DNA of 64,000 nucleotides from Candidatus Parcubacteria bacterium (GTDB lineage Bacteria; Patescibacteriota; Minisyncoccia; UBA6257; HR35): NCBI GenBank assembly GCA_025999335.1, contig AP024681.1, positions 322,565 to 386,564 of the forward strand, read 5' to 3'. Shown piece by piece: positions 39,362 to 48,245 of this stretch (position 1 is its first letter; each line of letters starts with the position of its first letter). The notes under the pieces were generated by a model. It saw only the letters and a program-made list of their open reading frames with translations, ran no database searches and was not told where the DNA came from. The position numbers and the translations under genes were made by a program.

Positions 39362-40189
39362 TTATAATCGCCAGGGCAATTCGAAAGAACCCAATCCTTC
39401 TTTTTTTGGCTTGGGAGGATAACAAATAGGACACCAGGTTAAGCGAAAAACATTATCAATTTTTGTTGTTAGTTCATTAACATTAAATGACCATACTTTT
39501 TCAATTAATTCAGGACAAGATCCAAATTTTTGAAATACACGTATTTGTTCCAAAATTAATGAAGCTATTAATTCACTACTTTCGCTAACATTAGGTGACG
39601 AAGGTGTTTCCGGATCGCCCCAGTTGTAAATAATTCGTCCTACAAAACAACTCAAACAGGCTGTTTTTTGAGGAAAAACAAAAGGACCTAAAGAAATAAA
39701 ATGGTCATAGGCTATATCTACAAATAAATGAGGAATTTCTATCTTTTCATAATCTTTAATTGCTTCTTTTAGATTTCCAGAGGTGCGTATGATGATTAAT
39801 AAATCAATATCATTAAAATCTGTTTTTGTTACAAAATTTAATTGACTTGATGTCTCGCTAAATTGTTTTAAGATATTTAAAATTTTATCGTTAATTTTGT
39901 CAAACCATCTTATACCAAAGGATACGCTTTTTAGCGAATCATAAACATCATCTTTGATATAGATAATGCCCGCCTTTTCTAAACTTTGAATTGCTTTTAG
40001 TATTTTTTCATTGGTTGATGTAGATTTTAAGATGTGGACTTCATCATTTTTGTAAGCTTGATATAATTTTTTTGCCTCATCAGCGGTTAATTCTTCTATT
40101 AAATAAATTTCGTCAGCGCCTTTGGTGGCAAATAATTGATTATTTTCAAGAAACATTGTCCAACGAGGATTTTTTTTATAAATAAACAT
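39362..40189 (-). CDS. putative TOMM C-protein-like partner (E1/ThiF-like with zinc tetrad, possible N-terminal RRE)
   Basis: 275 aa. Two CxxC motifs (TACLSCF and WCPICY) as in the MoeB/ThiF/SagC-like zinc site. Positioned between the YcaO gene and the substrate genes. The family assignment is tentative. Confidence 0.35.
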   Translation of the reverse strand: MFIYKKNPRWTMFLENNQLFATKGADEIYLIEELTADEAKKLYQAYKNDEVHILKSTSTNEKILKAIQSLEKAGIIYIKDDVYDSLKSVSFGIRWFDKINDKILNILKQFSETSSQLNFVTKTDFNDIDLLIIIRTSGNLKEAIKDYEKIEIPHLFVDIAYDHFISLGPFVFPQKTACLSCFVGRIIYNWGDPETPSSPNVSESSELIASLILEQIRVFQKFGSCPELIEKVWSFNVNELTTKIDNVFRLTWCPICYPPKPKKEGLGSFELPWRL

Positions 40190-40308
40190 TTTTAAAAATT
40201 ATTTTTTTAAACAATACTTAAATAAACGACAGGTCTAAAAGTTGTCTTGAATATATTTTAAACAATTTTTAAATTTTTTGTAAAAAATATCCCAAACTTT
40301 AACTACCT

Positions 40309-40983
40309 TTAATATTCTGTTTTGCGAGTTTTTAAAATAAGTTTTATTATATAAATAAAACCAGCAATTACTATCCCGCCAGTCGCTATTAACCAGATAA
40401 GTGCATAGTAAAATAAATAATCAAGATATTTATAAACTATCTTCGGAACAACGACAATAGAAGCAAAAAATTCTACAACTACCGAAAGAATTAAAAATAT
40501 TAAACTAAATATTATACGGATAATAAAGGAACGTTTTATTTTTTTTAAAAAATCATATTTTTTATAGAAACCATAAAAGCTTAATTTTATAAATTTTATA
40601 AATATAAATGCAACTCCTATTACTACGATAAATAATATAAAAAATGGGATAGGAAAATAAGAATTAGAATATAATGCTTTCTCGATCATTGCCTGAACCA
40701 TCAATATGACATAAAATATCCCTATAATAAACAGTGATAATATAACTGGCATAAAAAACCCAAATAAATAAGCAGTTCTTGTTTCTTTTGTTTGATTTGA
40801 GGATTCTGTTTCCTCTAATTGCTGTTTTTTAACTAAATTACTTAAATTTCTGCCTGATAAGTGAGAAATAGTTAAAGTAGATATTAAACACGAACAACAA
40901 CAACAGCAACAAGCACCACAAGTCGGCGTTGACGAACTAACTCTTATTTTTTCATTATCAAACTGGGATATGAGTCGGAGCAT
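40309..40983 (-). CDS. poly-Cys (SLS-like) precursor-like N-terminus fused to a polytopic membrane domain, paralog B
   Basis: 224 aa: MLRLISQFDNEKIRVSSSTP-TCGACCCCCCSC-LISTL..., then about 5 predicted TM helices. First gene pair of the operon that contains YcaO and SagB. Confidence 0.5.
   Translation of the reverse strand: MLRLISQFDNEKIRVSSSTPTCGACCCCCCSCLISTLTISHLSGRNLSNLVKKQQLEETESSNQTKETRTAYLFGFFMPVILSLFIIGIFYVILMVQAMIEKALYSNSYFPIPFFILFIVVIGVAFIFIKFIKLSFYGFYKKYDFLKKIKRSFIIRIIFSLIFLILSVVVEFFASIVVVPKIVYKYLDYLFYYALIWLIATGGIVIAGFIYIIKLILKTRKTEY
40917..40983 (-). repeat. 67-nt perfect direct repeat, copy 2 (5' end of substrate gene B)
   Basis: Identical to 41681-41747: CACAAGTCGGCGTTGACGAACTAACTCTTATTTTTTCATTATCAAACTGGGATATGAGTCGGAGCAT on the plus strand. 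Confidence 0.85.
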
Positions 40984-41024
40984 ATTTTTATATAATTCTT
41001 TGTTAATAATAATAAAAAACTATT

Positions 41025-41747
41025 TTAATAAATTTTAACTTCATCGTTGCCATTAGATTTAAAATGTCGATTTTTCAAAATAAAGTTTATAGTTATATAA
41101 ATAAATCCAATAATCGCTATACTGATGATTGATATTAAAGATATTATTATGTAACGCTCTAACAAAGTAAGATTAAATAATAATAGTCCAATAAAGAAAC
41201 CGGTAGCAAAAAATTCTATAGTACCAGCAAGAGCTAATAATCCGATATTGTTAATTATGATTTTGATTAAAGTAGAAAGCTTTGTTGTTTTAAAAAAATC
41301 ATATTTTTCGTTGAAACCATGAAGACTTAGTTTTATAAATTTTATAAGCAGCAATAAAACAATTATTGCTGTTGCATATAATGATGTACCATAAAAGATA
41401 TCGGGAGTAAGAAGATATTTTCCATTTTCAATTATTGTTATAATTGCAGATAAAGTTATTATTATTACAGCGCCCGTTGTTACAGCAAGCAATGATACTA
41501 TAAGTAACATAAAAAAGCCGAAAAGATAAGCGCTTTTAGTTTCTTTTACTTCAATTGATGGCGTTGCTTTCTCTAGTTGCTGTTTCTTAACTAAATTACT
41601 TAAATTTCTACCAGTAATATGCAACACAGCTAGAGTAGATATTAAGCACGAACAACAACATGAGCAACAGGCACAAGGACCACAAGTCGGCGTTGACGAA
41701 CTAACTCTTATTTTTTCATTATCAAACTGGGATATGAGTCGGAGCAT
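41025..41747 (-). CDS. poly-Cys (SLS-like) precursor-like N-terminus fused to a polytopic membrane domain, paralog A
   Basis: 240 aa: MLRLISQFDNEKIRVSSSTP-TCGPCACCSCCCSC-LISTL..., then several TM helices. The first 22 codons are nucleotide-identical to paralog B. Confidence 0.5.
   Translation of the reverse strand: MLRLISQFDNEKIRVSSSTPTCGPCACCSCCCSCLISTLAVLHITGRNLSNLVKKQQLEKATPSIEVKETKSAYLFGFFMLLIVSLLAVTTGAVIIITLSAIITIIENGKYLLTPDIFYGTSLYATAIIVLLLLIKFIKLSLHGFNEKYDFFKTTKLSTLIKIIINNIGLLALAGTIEFFATGFFIGLLLFNLTLLERYIIISLISIISIAIIGFIYITINFILKNRHFKSNGNDEVKIY
41681..41747 (-). repeat. 67-nt perfect direct repeat, copy 1 (5' end of substrate gene A)
   Basis: Identical to 40917-40983. Covers the start codon and the leader-like segment. 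Similarity continues imperfectly through the Cys-rich core. Confidence 0.85.
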
Positions 41748-41842
41748 TTTTATTATTATAATATAAGTTGTTTATTCAAAGAAAAAAATACTAATAAGAT
41801 TAAAAAAGAAGGCGAGCATAATTTTGCTAATGTTCGCCTTTT

Positions 41843-43120
41843 TTGTTTATAATAAATTTAATGAAAGTTTTCGCTGATTTACATTTACATTCAAAATATT
41901 CAAGGGGTTGTTCTAAGAATTTGAATTTAGAGACTATTAATTATTACGCTTTTTTAAAAGGATTGCAGCTTTTAGCAACAGGAGATTTTTTGCATCCTTT
42001 ATGGTTAAAAGAAATCTATAAAAAATTAATCCCAGTTAACGAAGGTATTTTTCAATTAAAAGACACTCAAAATAGTGCTTATTTTATTTTAGGAGGAGAA
42101 TTAAGTTCAATTTTTTCAAGAAATAATAAGGTTTATCGTATTCATTATTTGATTTTTTTACCTGATTTTAATTTGGTAACCAAGCTATATAAAAAGCTTT
42201 CTTTGTATGCCAATCTTTCTTCTGACGGTAGGCCAATTATTGGTTTAGATGTTATTGAAGTAATGAAAATTGTTTTTGATATTTACGAGAAAACAATTTT
42301 TATTCCTGCTCATATTTGGACTCCATGGTTTTCTTTATACGGTTCAATGTCTGGATTTAATTCTATTTATGACGCTTTTGGAGATTATACAAAATATGTT
42401 ACTGCTGTAGAAACTGGTTTAAGCAGTGATCCAGCAATGAATTGGAGATTGTCTGAGCTTGATCAAATTTCAATTGTTTCTTTTTCTGATGCTCATTCTT
42501 ATTATCCCCATAGATTAGGCAGAGAAGCAACTTTGTTTGAATTAGTAGACTTAAATTACGATAATTTATACAAAGCTTTGAAGTTGCCAACAGTAGATAA
42601 TAAAATTATTATGACCATTGAATTTTTCCCTGAAGAAGGTAAATATCATTACGACGGACACCGTCTTTGCAAAGTTCGTTTCTCGCCTAAAGAGTCAAAG
42701 AAAAATAATTATTTATGCCCTGTTTGTTATAAAAAACTAACTATTGGTGTAATGTCCCGCGTTGAGTCTTTAGCTGATAGACAAGAAAATTTTGTCGCTG
42801 AAGCAAGACCAACATTTAAAAGATTGTCTAACATCGCTGATATTCTAGGACAAATTTTTAAAACTTCGCCAACAAGCAAAAAAGTATTAACTCAATATGA
42901 AGAAATTATTAAAACTTTCGGTAAAGAATTAGACATTTTAATGGGTAATTTTGACAAACATCAAATGTTAAAAACTTACCCCGAACTTGTTAAAGCTTTA
43001 GAAATGATTGACCGTGGTGATATTATTTTAGAAGCTGGTTATGATGGGGAATATGGCAAAGTTTTGTTAGATTTAAACAAGGAAGTAAATTTAAATCAAA
43101 GTTTTAAACAATTATTTTAA
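41843..43120 (+). CDS. PHP-domain (polymerase/histidinol-phosphatase-like) metal-dependent phosphoesterase with zinc-ribbon insertion
   Basis: 425 aa. N-terminal FADLHLHSKYSRG is typical of PHP domains. CxxC pairs are present (CKVRF..., YLCPVCYKK). Divergent from the TOMM-like operon. Confidence 0.5.
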   Translation: MFIINLMKVFADLHLHSKYSRGCSKNLNLETINYYAFLKGLQLLATGDFLHPLWLKEIYKKLIPVNEGIFQLKDTQNSAYFILGGELSSIFSRNNKVYRIHYLIFLPDFNLVTKLYKKLSLYANLSSDGRPIIGLDVIEVMKIVFDIYEKTIFIPAHIWTPWFSLYGSMSGFNSIYDAFGDYTKYVTAVETGLSSDPAMNWRLSELDQISIVSFSDAHSYYPHRLGREATLFELVDLNYDNLYKALKLPTVDNKIIMTIEFFPEEGKYHYDGHRLCKVRFSPKESKKNNYLCPVCYKKLTIGVMSRVESLADRQENFVAEARPTFKRLSNIADILGQIFKTSPTSKKVLTQYEEIIKTFGKELDILMGNFDKHQMLKTYPELVKALEMIDRGDIILEAGYDGEYGKVLLDLNKEVNLNQSFKQLF

Positions 43121-43459
43121 ATGTTTTTCGTTGTTTTAAAAATTTTTATTTTAAATGATTTAAAGAAGTTTTTGGATTTTTGGTTTATTCATGGTCCTAA
43201 AGCAATCATTTATTCTTTTTTTGATTTTGTCTATGCTTTAGATAAAGGATTGTCTTTGCGAGCTAATATACGTAATTTTTTTGCTCCTTTGTATGGCGAT
43301 CATACAATTTTAGGCCATATTATTGCTTTAGTTTATAGGTTGATTAAATTGTTTTTTGGTTTAATTGCTTTAATTTTAATCGTGATTTTGTATGGCTTAT
43401 TTTTTATAGCTTGGTCTTTATTTCCTTTTATAATTTTGCTTTATGGCTTTTTATTTTGA
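43121..43459 (+). CDS. small hydrophobic membrane protein (112 aa)
   Basis: ORF with two or three TM helices. Overlaps the start of the next gene. Confidence 0.3.
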   Translation: MFFVVLKIFILNDLKKFLDFWFIHGPKAIIYSFFDFVYALDKGLSLRANIRNFFAPLYGDHTILGHIIALVYRLIKLFFGLIALILIVILYGLFFIAWSLFPFIILLYGFLF

Positions 43460-45932
43460 TAACGATTATTTTAATTTGCCTGTTTACTGGCGATATCTAG
43501 TGAAAATTTTGAGAGAAGCTTTAATTATTTTAGTGAATGTTTTATCTTTGTTTTTTTTATTAGCAAACATTAATATTCCTATTTTAAAATCTTTAAGCTT
43601 ACTGTGTCTATTTATTTCTTTAGTTTTGTTTATGATTAATAAACGATCTAAAGAAAGTATTTTATTTTTTGCTCATAATAATTTAGCAAAAATTAACATC
43701 AACGATTTTTTGGACGGTGAAACTCGAGGCTTTATTGTTGATATTTTGACGAAAGCGGAAATGCTAAAACCCGTTGATTTTAATCTTTTTTTGTTAAATG
43801 AATTTTATAAAAAAAATAAAATAAAAGATATTTTTGCGAGATTAAACATTGATTATGTTAAATTAGTTACGCTTTTTCAAGACAATAATTATCAAACTCG
43901 TCAAACATTATCCAAAGAATTAAGTTTGAGTTATAAAGATAAATTAATGCCGATTCTTGTCAATTCTTTTAATGTTAGCAAAAAATTAAATACTGATAAT
44001 ATTTCTTTATTTAGTTTGTTTATATCTTTTATATCTGAGCTTTATCAAAACGAAGAAATAAAAAAAATTTTTGCCTCTTTGGACATTCAACAAGAATATT
44101 TTTTTTCAGCAGTCTTTTTAGAAATGATGCGAAAAAGAAATGTGTTCAATTTGCGCAAATATAGCGATATTTTTTTTAGAAGAAAAATTATTCGCAGACG
44201 AATGATTCTTAATAGAGCTATGACAAGTAAAATAACCTCATTGTTAGATCGTTATGGTGTTGATTTAACTTATGCCGCTTTTTATGGTTCAGGCTCTTTG
44301 TTAATAGGTCATAATGATGATTTAGAAAAGATTACCAATATTTTGGTAAGTGGGGGCAATGTTTTATTTGTTGGCGATGAAGGTAGCGGCAAAGAAGCAG
44401 TTATTCAACGCTTAGCTTGGCTGATTTACAATGAATTAGCGCCGCAAGAATTATTAGATTTTCGCGTGGTTAAAGTAAATTTATCGCTTTTGTTAGCGCA
44501 AAAAAATATTTTTGCTGAATTAGCGACGCAAATTTTTAACGAAGTGATTGATTCTGGTTATATTATTCTTTATTTGCCATATTTAGAAGACATTTTATTA
44601 GATGAAGATATTAATATGTTGCAAATTTTAAGCCCTGTGCTTAGATCTAAATCTGTGCCAATAATCGTAACAATGAGTTTTAAAGGTTATGCAACCGTGG
44701 CAGCTCGAGTAGCTTTAGATGAATATTTTGAAAAGGTTGTGGTTAGTGAATTAAACGATGAAGAGGCAAGAAATTTTTTAATTTTAAAAAGCGCTCTTTG
44801 GGAACGCGAACAAAAAATTACCATTATGCCTCAAGCTATTAGCACAGCTATTACTTTGGCAAAAAAATTTTTAGCTGATAAAGTTTTGGAAAAAACAGCT
44901 GAGACATTAATTTTAGAAGGCATTGCTTTAGCGAAAAAAAATAACTCTCAATATGTAACCAAAGAAATAGTTCAAGAAATTGTTTTTGAAAAAACCAAAA
45001 TACCTGTTCAGGAATTAGACAAAGACGAAAAAGAAATTTTGCTTAATTTAGAAAATATCTTGCATAAACGCATTGTTAATCAACGCGATGCAATTAAAGC
45101 AATTGTTCAATATTTAAAAATCTATCGAACTGGTTTATCAAAAAGCAAAGGCACTATTGGTAATTTTTTGTTTGTTGGTCCGACTGGTGTTGGTAAGACA
45201 GAAACAGCAAAAACATTAGCAAAAGTTTATTATAAATCTGACAAAGCAATGATTAGACTTGATATGGTTGAATTTCAGCAAGTTGAAGATTTAGATAAAT
45301 TAATAGGCAGTCCCGATGGTAAAATTTTAGGTATGCTAACTGAACCAGTAAGGCAAAATCCTTATAGTTTAATTCTTTTAGATGAATTCGAAAAAACTCA
45401 CCCATCTATTTTAAAACTATTTTTACCTATTTTTGATGAAGGAGTTATTAAGGATGCTCTTGGCAGGGATGTATCTTTTAAGAATACTTTAATAATTTGC
45501 ACTTCCAACGCTTATTCTGATTATATTAAAGAAAGCCTTGAAAATAATTTAGATTTTGATAAAATAATAGATGCTTTAAAGAGTAAATTAGCTGAAATTT
45601 TTTCTGTTGAACTTTTAAATAGGTTTGACAAGATTGTTGCTTTTAAGCCTTTACAAGAAAAAGAGCTTATCGAAATCGCTAAAATTTTATTTGATGATTT
45701 TCGTAATTCAGTTATTTTAAAGCATAATATAGAATTAGACATTTCCGAACGTGCTTTGAAAGAAATTGTTCGCTTGGGCATTGATCCTATTTATGGAGCT
45801 AGACCTTTACAAAGAAAAATGAATGATTTGTTAACCGTAGAGATAGCCAATTTATTATTAACAGAACAAGTTAAACGAGGTCAAAAAATTTTTATTGATT
45901 TTGATCAGAAATTTCTTTTCTTGGTTAAATAA
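43443..45932 (+). CDS. membrane-anchored ClpA/ClpB-like AAA+ ATPase with degenerate first nucleotide-binding domain
   Basis: N-terminal TM segments. The first module has a degenerate Walker A VGDEGSGKEAV and no canonical Walker B. The second module is canonical (GPTGVGKTETAK; LILLDEFEKTHPS; NTLIICTSN; ELLNRFDKIVAFKPL; GARPLQRKMNDLL). Confidence 0.65.
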   Translation: MAFYFDNDYFNLPVYWRYLVKILREALIILVNVLSLFFLLANINIPILKSLSLLCLFISLVLFMINKRSKESILFFAHNNLAKININDFLDGETRGFIVDILTKAEMLKPVDFNLFLLNEFYKKNKIKDIFARLNIDYVKLVTLFQDNNYQTRQTLSKELSLSYKDKLMPILVNSFNVSKKLNTDNISLFSLFISFISELYQNEEIKKIFASLDIQQEYFFSAVFLEMMRKRNVFNLRKYSDIFFRRKIIRRRMILNRAMTSKITSLLDRYGVDLTYAAFYGSGSLLIGHNDDLEKITNILVSGGNVLFVGDEGSGKEAVIQRLAWLIYNELAPQELLDFRVVKVNLSLLLAQKNIFAELATQIFNEVIDSGYIILYLPYLEDILLDEDINMLQILSPVLRSKSVPIIVTMSFKGYATVAARVALDEYFEKVVVSELNDEEARNFLILKSALWEREQKITIMPQAISTAITLAKKFLADKVLEKTAETLILEGIALAKKNNSQYVTKEIVQEIVFEKTKIPVQELDKDEKEILLNLENILHKRIVNQRDAIKAIVQYLKIYRTGLSKSKGTIGNFLFVGPTGVGKTETAKTLAKVYYKSDKAMIRLDMVEFQQVEDLDKLIGSPDGKILGMLTEPVRQNPYSLILLDEFEKTHPSILKLFLPIFDEGVIKDALGRDVSFKNTLIICTSNAYSDYIKESLENNLDFDKIIDALKSKLAEIFSVELLNRFDKIVAFKPLQEKELIEIAKILFDDFRNSVILKHNIELDISERALKEIVRLGIDPIYGARPLQRKMNDLLTVEIANLLLTEQVKRGQKIFIDFDQKFLFLVK

Positions 45933-45934
45933 TT

Positions 45935-46837
45935 TTGACGATGAAAAAATTGTTTTTTGTAATTATATTTTTTTTATTGATTGTTTCTTTGATTATTTCT
46001 AAGTTTTTTTATAATACTTTATTAGTAAGTTTTAAGCATACAGTTAAAGCGAACAATCAAAGAGATTTTAATGTTTTAATTTTAGGCAAGCCCGGTCCCG
46101 GCTATATTGGTTCTGAAAATACCGATTCTATTCTTGTAGCTCATTTTGTTAAAGATCAAAAAAAAGTTTTTTTGATTCCTATTCCACGAGATTTAATCGT
46201 TGAAAACGAAAACGGCGATTTAGAGAAAATTAATGCTCTCTACGGTGAAAAAAATATTAAGTTATTGCTTAACAAAGCTTCTCTTTTTACTGGTTTAGAT
46301 ATTAATAATTTTTTAGTTGTTGACATAAGATTGATAAAAAAAATCGTTGATTTCTTGGGTGGTATTGAGATAGTTTTAGACGCGCCTGTTGTCGATGCTG
46401 CTTCTTTTTATTATTTGCCTAAAGGAAAGGTAAAACTTGACGGTGAGCTAACAGAGTTAGTTTTACGTTCGCGTTTTAATTCTGAAGGTGATTTTTTCCG
46501 CATTAAAAATCAAATAAAAGTTCTTCAAGCCTTACAACAGAAAATTTTATCTTTGAGTTTTGCCTCTCAATTGCAATTAGTCGCTTTTGTTTTTAACAAT
46601 AAATACGACTGGGAAACGAATATGCGCAAAGAAGATCTTTTAGTGCTATTTAATGAATTTCGCAATGATATGCGGGATATTACTTTTAAGCCAATAATTG
46701 TTGATTTAAAATCAGGAGTTTTAAGATCAGGCTATTTTACAATTAAAAATTTTGCTAATGTTTATGGCATTTATCCTCTTGGTGGCGTTGATCATTATCT
46801 TTATGTTAAAGCTTATATTCAGTCGCAGATGAAGTAA
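45935..46837 (+). CDS. LytR-CpsA-Psr (LCP) family cell-envelope phosphotransferase
   Basis: 300 aa. N-terminal TM helix, then FNVLILGKPG...DSILVAHF...IPIPRDL, typical of LCP. Confidence 0.7.
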   Translation: MTMKKLFFVIIFFLLIVSLIISKFFYNTLLVSFKHTVKANNQRDFNVLILGKPGPGYIGSENTDSILVAHFVKDQKKVFLIPIPRDLIVENENGDLEKINALYGEKNIKLLLNKASLFTGLDINNFLVVDIRLIKKIVDFLGGIEIVLDAPVVDAASFYYLPKGKVKLDGELTELVLRSRFNSEGDFFRIKNQIKVLQALQQKILSLSFASQLQLVAFVFNNKYDWETNMRKEDLLVLFNEFRNDMRDITFKPIIVDLKSGVLRSGYFTIKNFANVYGIYPLGGVDHYLYVKAYIQSQMK

Positions 46838-46850
46838 AATATTTATTTTT

Positions 46851-48245
46851 ATGCTTAACAAAAAAGCCATAATAAAAATTATCCCCAAACCTTTGCTTAA
46901 TTTATATCATTATTGTCTTGCTTTTTTCTTTGCGGCAAGATATAATTTTCCTTCGCGAAAAATTGTTACTATTGGCATTACCGGTACTAAAGGTAAAACA
47001 TCGGTGTCTTATTTAATCTATTATTTATTAACTAAATTAAATTTTAAGGTTGCTTTATCATCTTCAGATTTTTTATATATTGGCGAAGAACTGTTAGAAA
47101 AAAATAATCGTTTAACAATGCCGGGAAGAGGTTTTTTGCACTGGTTTTTAAAAAAAGCTGTTGACAATAATTGCGATATTGCTATTATTGAAGTTACTTC
47201 TGAAGGATTAATTCAACATAGGCATGCTTTTATTGATTTCGATATTGCTGTTTTTTTAGGTTTACACCCTGAACATATTGAACAGCATGGTTCTTACGAA
47301 GCTTATCGTAATGCAAAGGGTAAGCTATTTTATGCTTTGGAAAAAAGTTTTAGAAAATTACGTCGTGACAGTAAAAGACGTAAAAAATTAAAAGGCATAG
47401 ATGTTAAAAAAACAATTATTGTTAATTTAGATGATTTTGAAGCTGATTACTTTTTAAGTTTTAAAGCAGAACAAAAAATTACTTTTAGTTTGGAAACTCA
47501 GCAAAGTTTTTCAAAATTTCATCTAATGCCGACAAAATATAAAATTAACCAAAAAGGCATAGAGTTTATTTTAGAAGACAAAAAATTTGTGGCAAGTCAT
47601 TTATTTGGCAAAAGTAGCATATACAATGTTTTAGCTTCGTTTTCAGTCTTAAAAGCTTTAGATTTACCTTTAGCTGGTTTAGATGGTTATCTAAAAGATT
47701 TTCACAATATCCCTGGTCGTTTTGATATTATTCAAAGCAAGTCATTTAAAGTTATTATTGATTACGCTCATACGCCTCATTCTATAGAAGAACTTTATTC
47801 TACTATTTTAAAATTATTTAAACCAAAAAGACTTCTTTGTTTAATTGGTTCAGCCGGTGGTTTAAGGGATAAGTGGAAAAGGCCGGTTATTGGTGAAATT
47901 GCTGCTCGTTATTGCCATTATATAGTTATATCCAACGAAGATCCTTGCGATGAAGATCCTTTGACCATTATGGAGGCTATTGAATTAGGAGCAAAAAGAT
48001 ATTTAGCTGAATTTGGAGTAGAAAAACCTATAGAAATTATCCCTGATCGCAAAGAGGCGATCTATAAATTAGTTCAAACAGCAACTAAGGGTGATGTTAT
48101 AGTGACTATAGGCAAAGGGGCTGAGCCTTCGATAACTTTTAATGATCAAGAGATACCCTGGAATGAAAAAGAGGTTGTTCTTGAGGCAATTAAAAGCAAA
48201 ACCAAGTCCAAAGCTTACTCTAAAATTTCTACTAAAACATCGTAA
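46851..48245 (+). CDS. Mur ligase family protein (MurE-like; short N-terminal region)
   Basis: P-loop ITGTKGKTS. DIAVFLGLHPEHIEQHGSYEAYRNAKGKLF matches the Mur ligase central domain. DYAHTPHS resembles the MurE DYAHTP motif. The N-terminal domain is much shorter than in canonical MurE. Confidence 0.55.
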   Translation: MLNKKAIIKIIPKPLLNLYHYCLAFFFAARYNFPSRKIVTIGITGTKGKTSVSYLIYYLLTKLNFKVALSSSDFLYIGEELLEKNNRLTMPGRGFLHWFLKKAVDNNCDIAIIEVTSEGLIQHRHAFIDFDIAVFLGLHPEHIEQHGSYEAYRNAKGKLFYALEKSFRKLRRDSKRRKKLKGIDVKKTIIVNLDDFEADYFLSFKAEQKITFSLETQQSFSKFHLMPTKYKINQKGIEFILEDKKFVASHLFGKSSIYNVLASFSVLKALDLPLAGLDGYLKDFHNIPGRFDIIQSKSFKVIIDYAHTPHSIEELYSTILKLFKPKRLLCLIGSAGGLRDKWKRPVIGEIAARYCHYIVISNEDPCDEDPLTIMEAIELGAKRYLAEFGVEKPIEIIPDRKEAIYKLVQTATKGDVIVTIGKGAEPSITFNDQEIPWNEKEVVLEAIKSKTKSKAYSKISTKTS

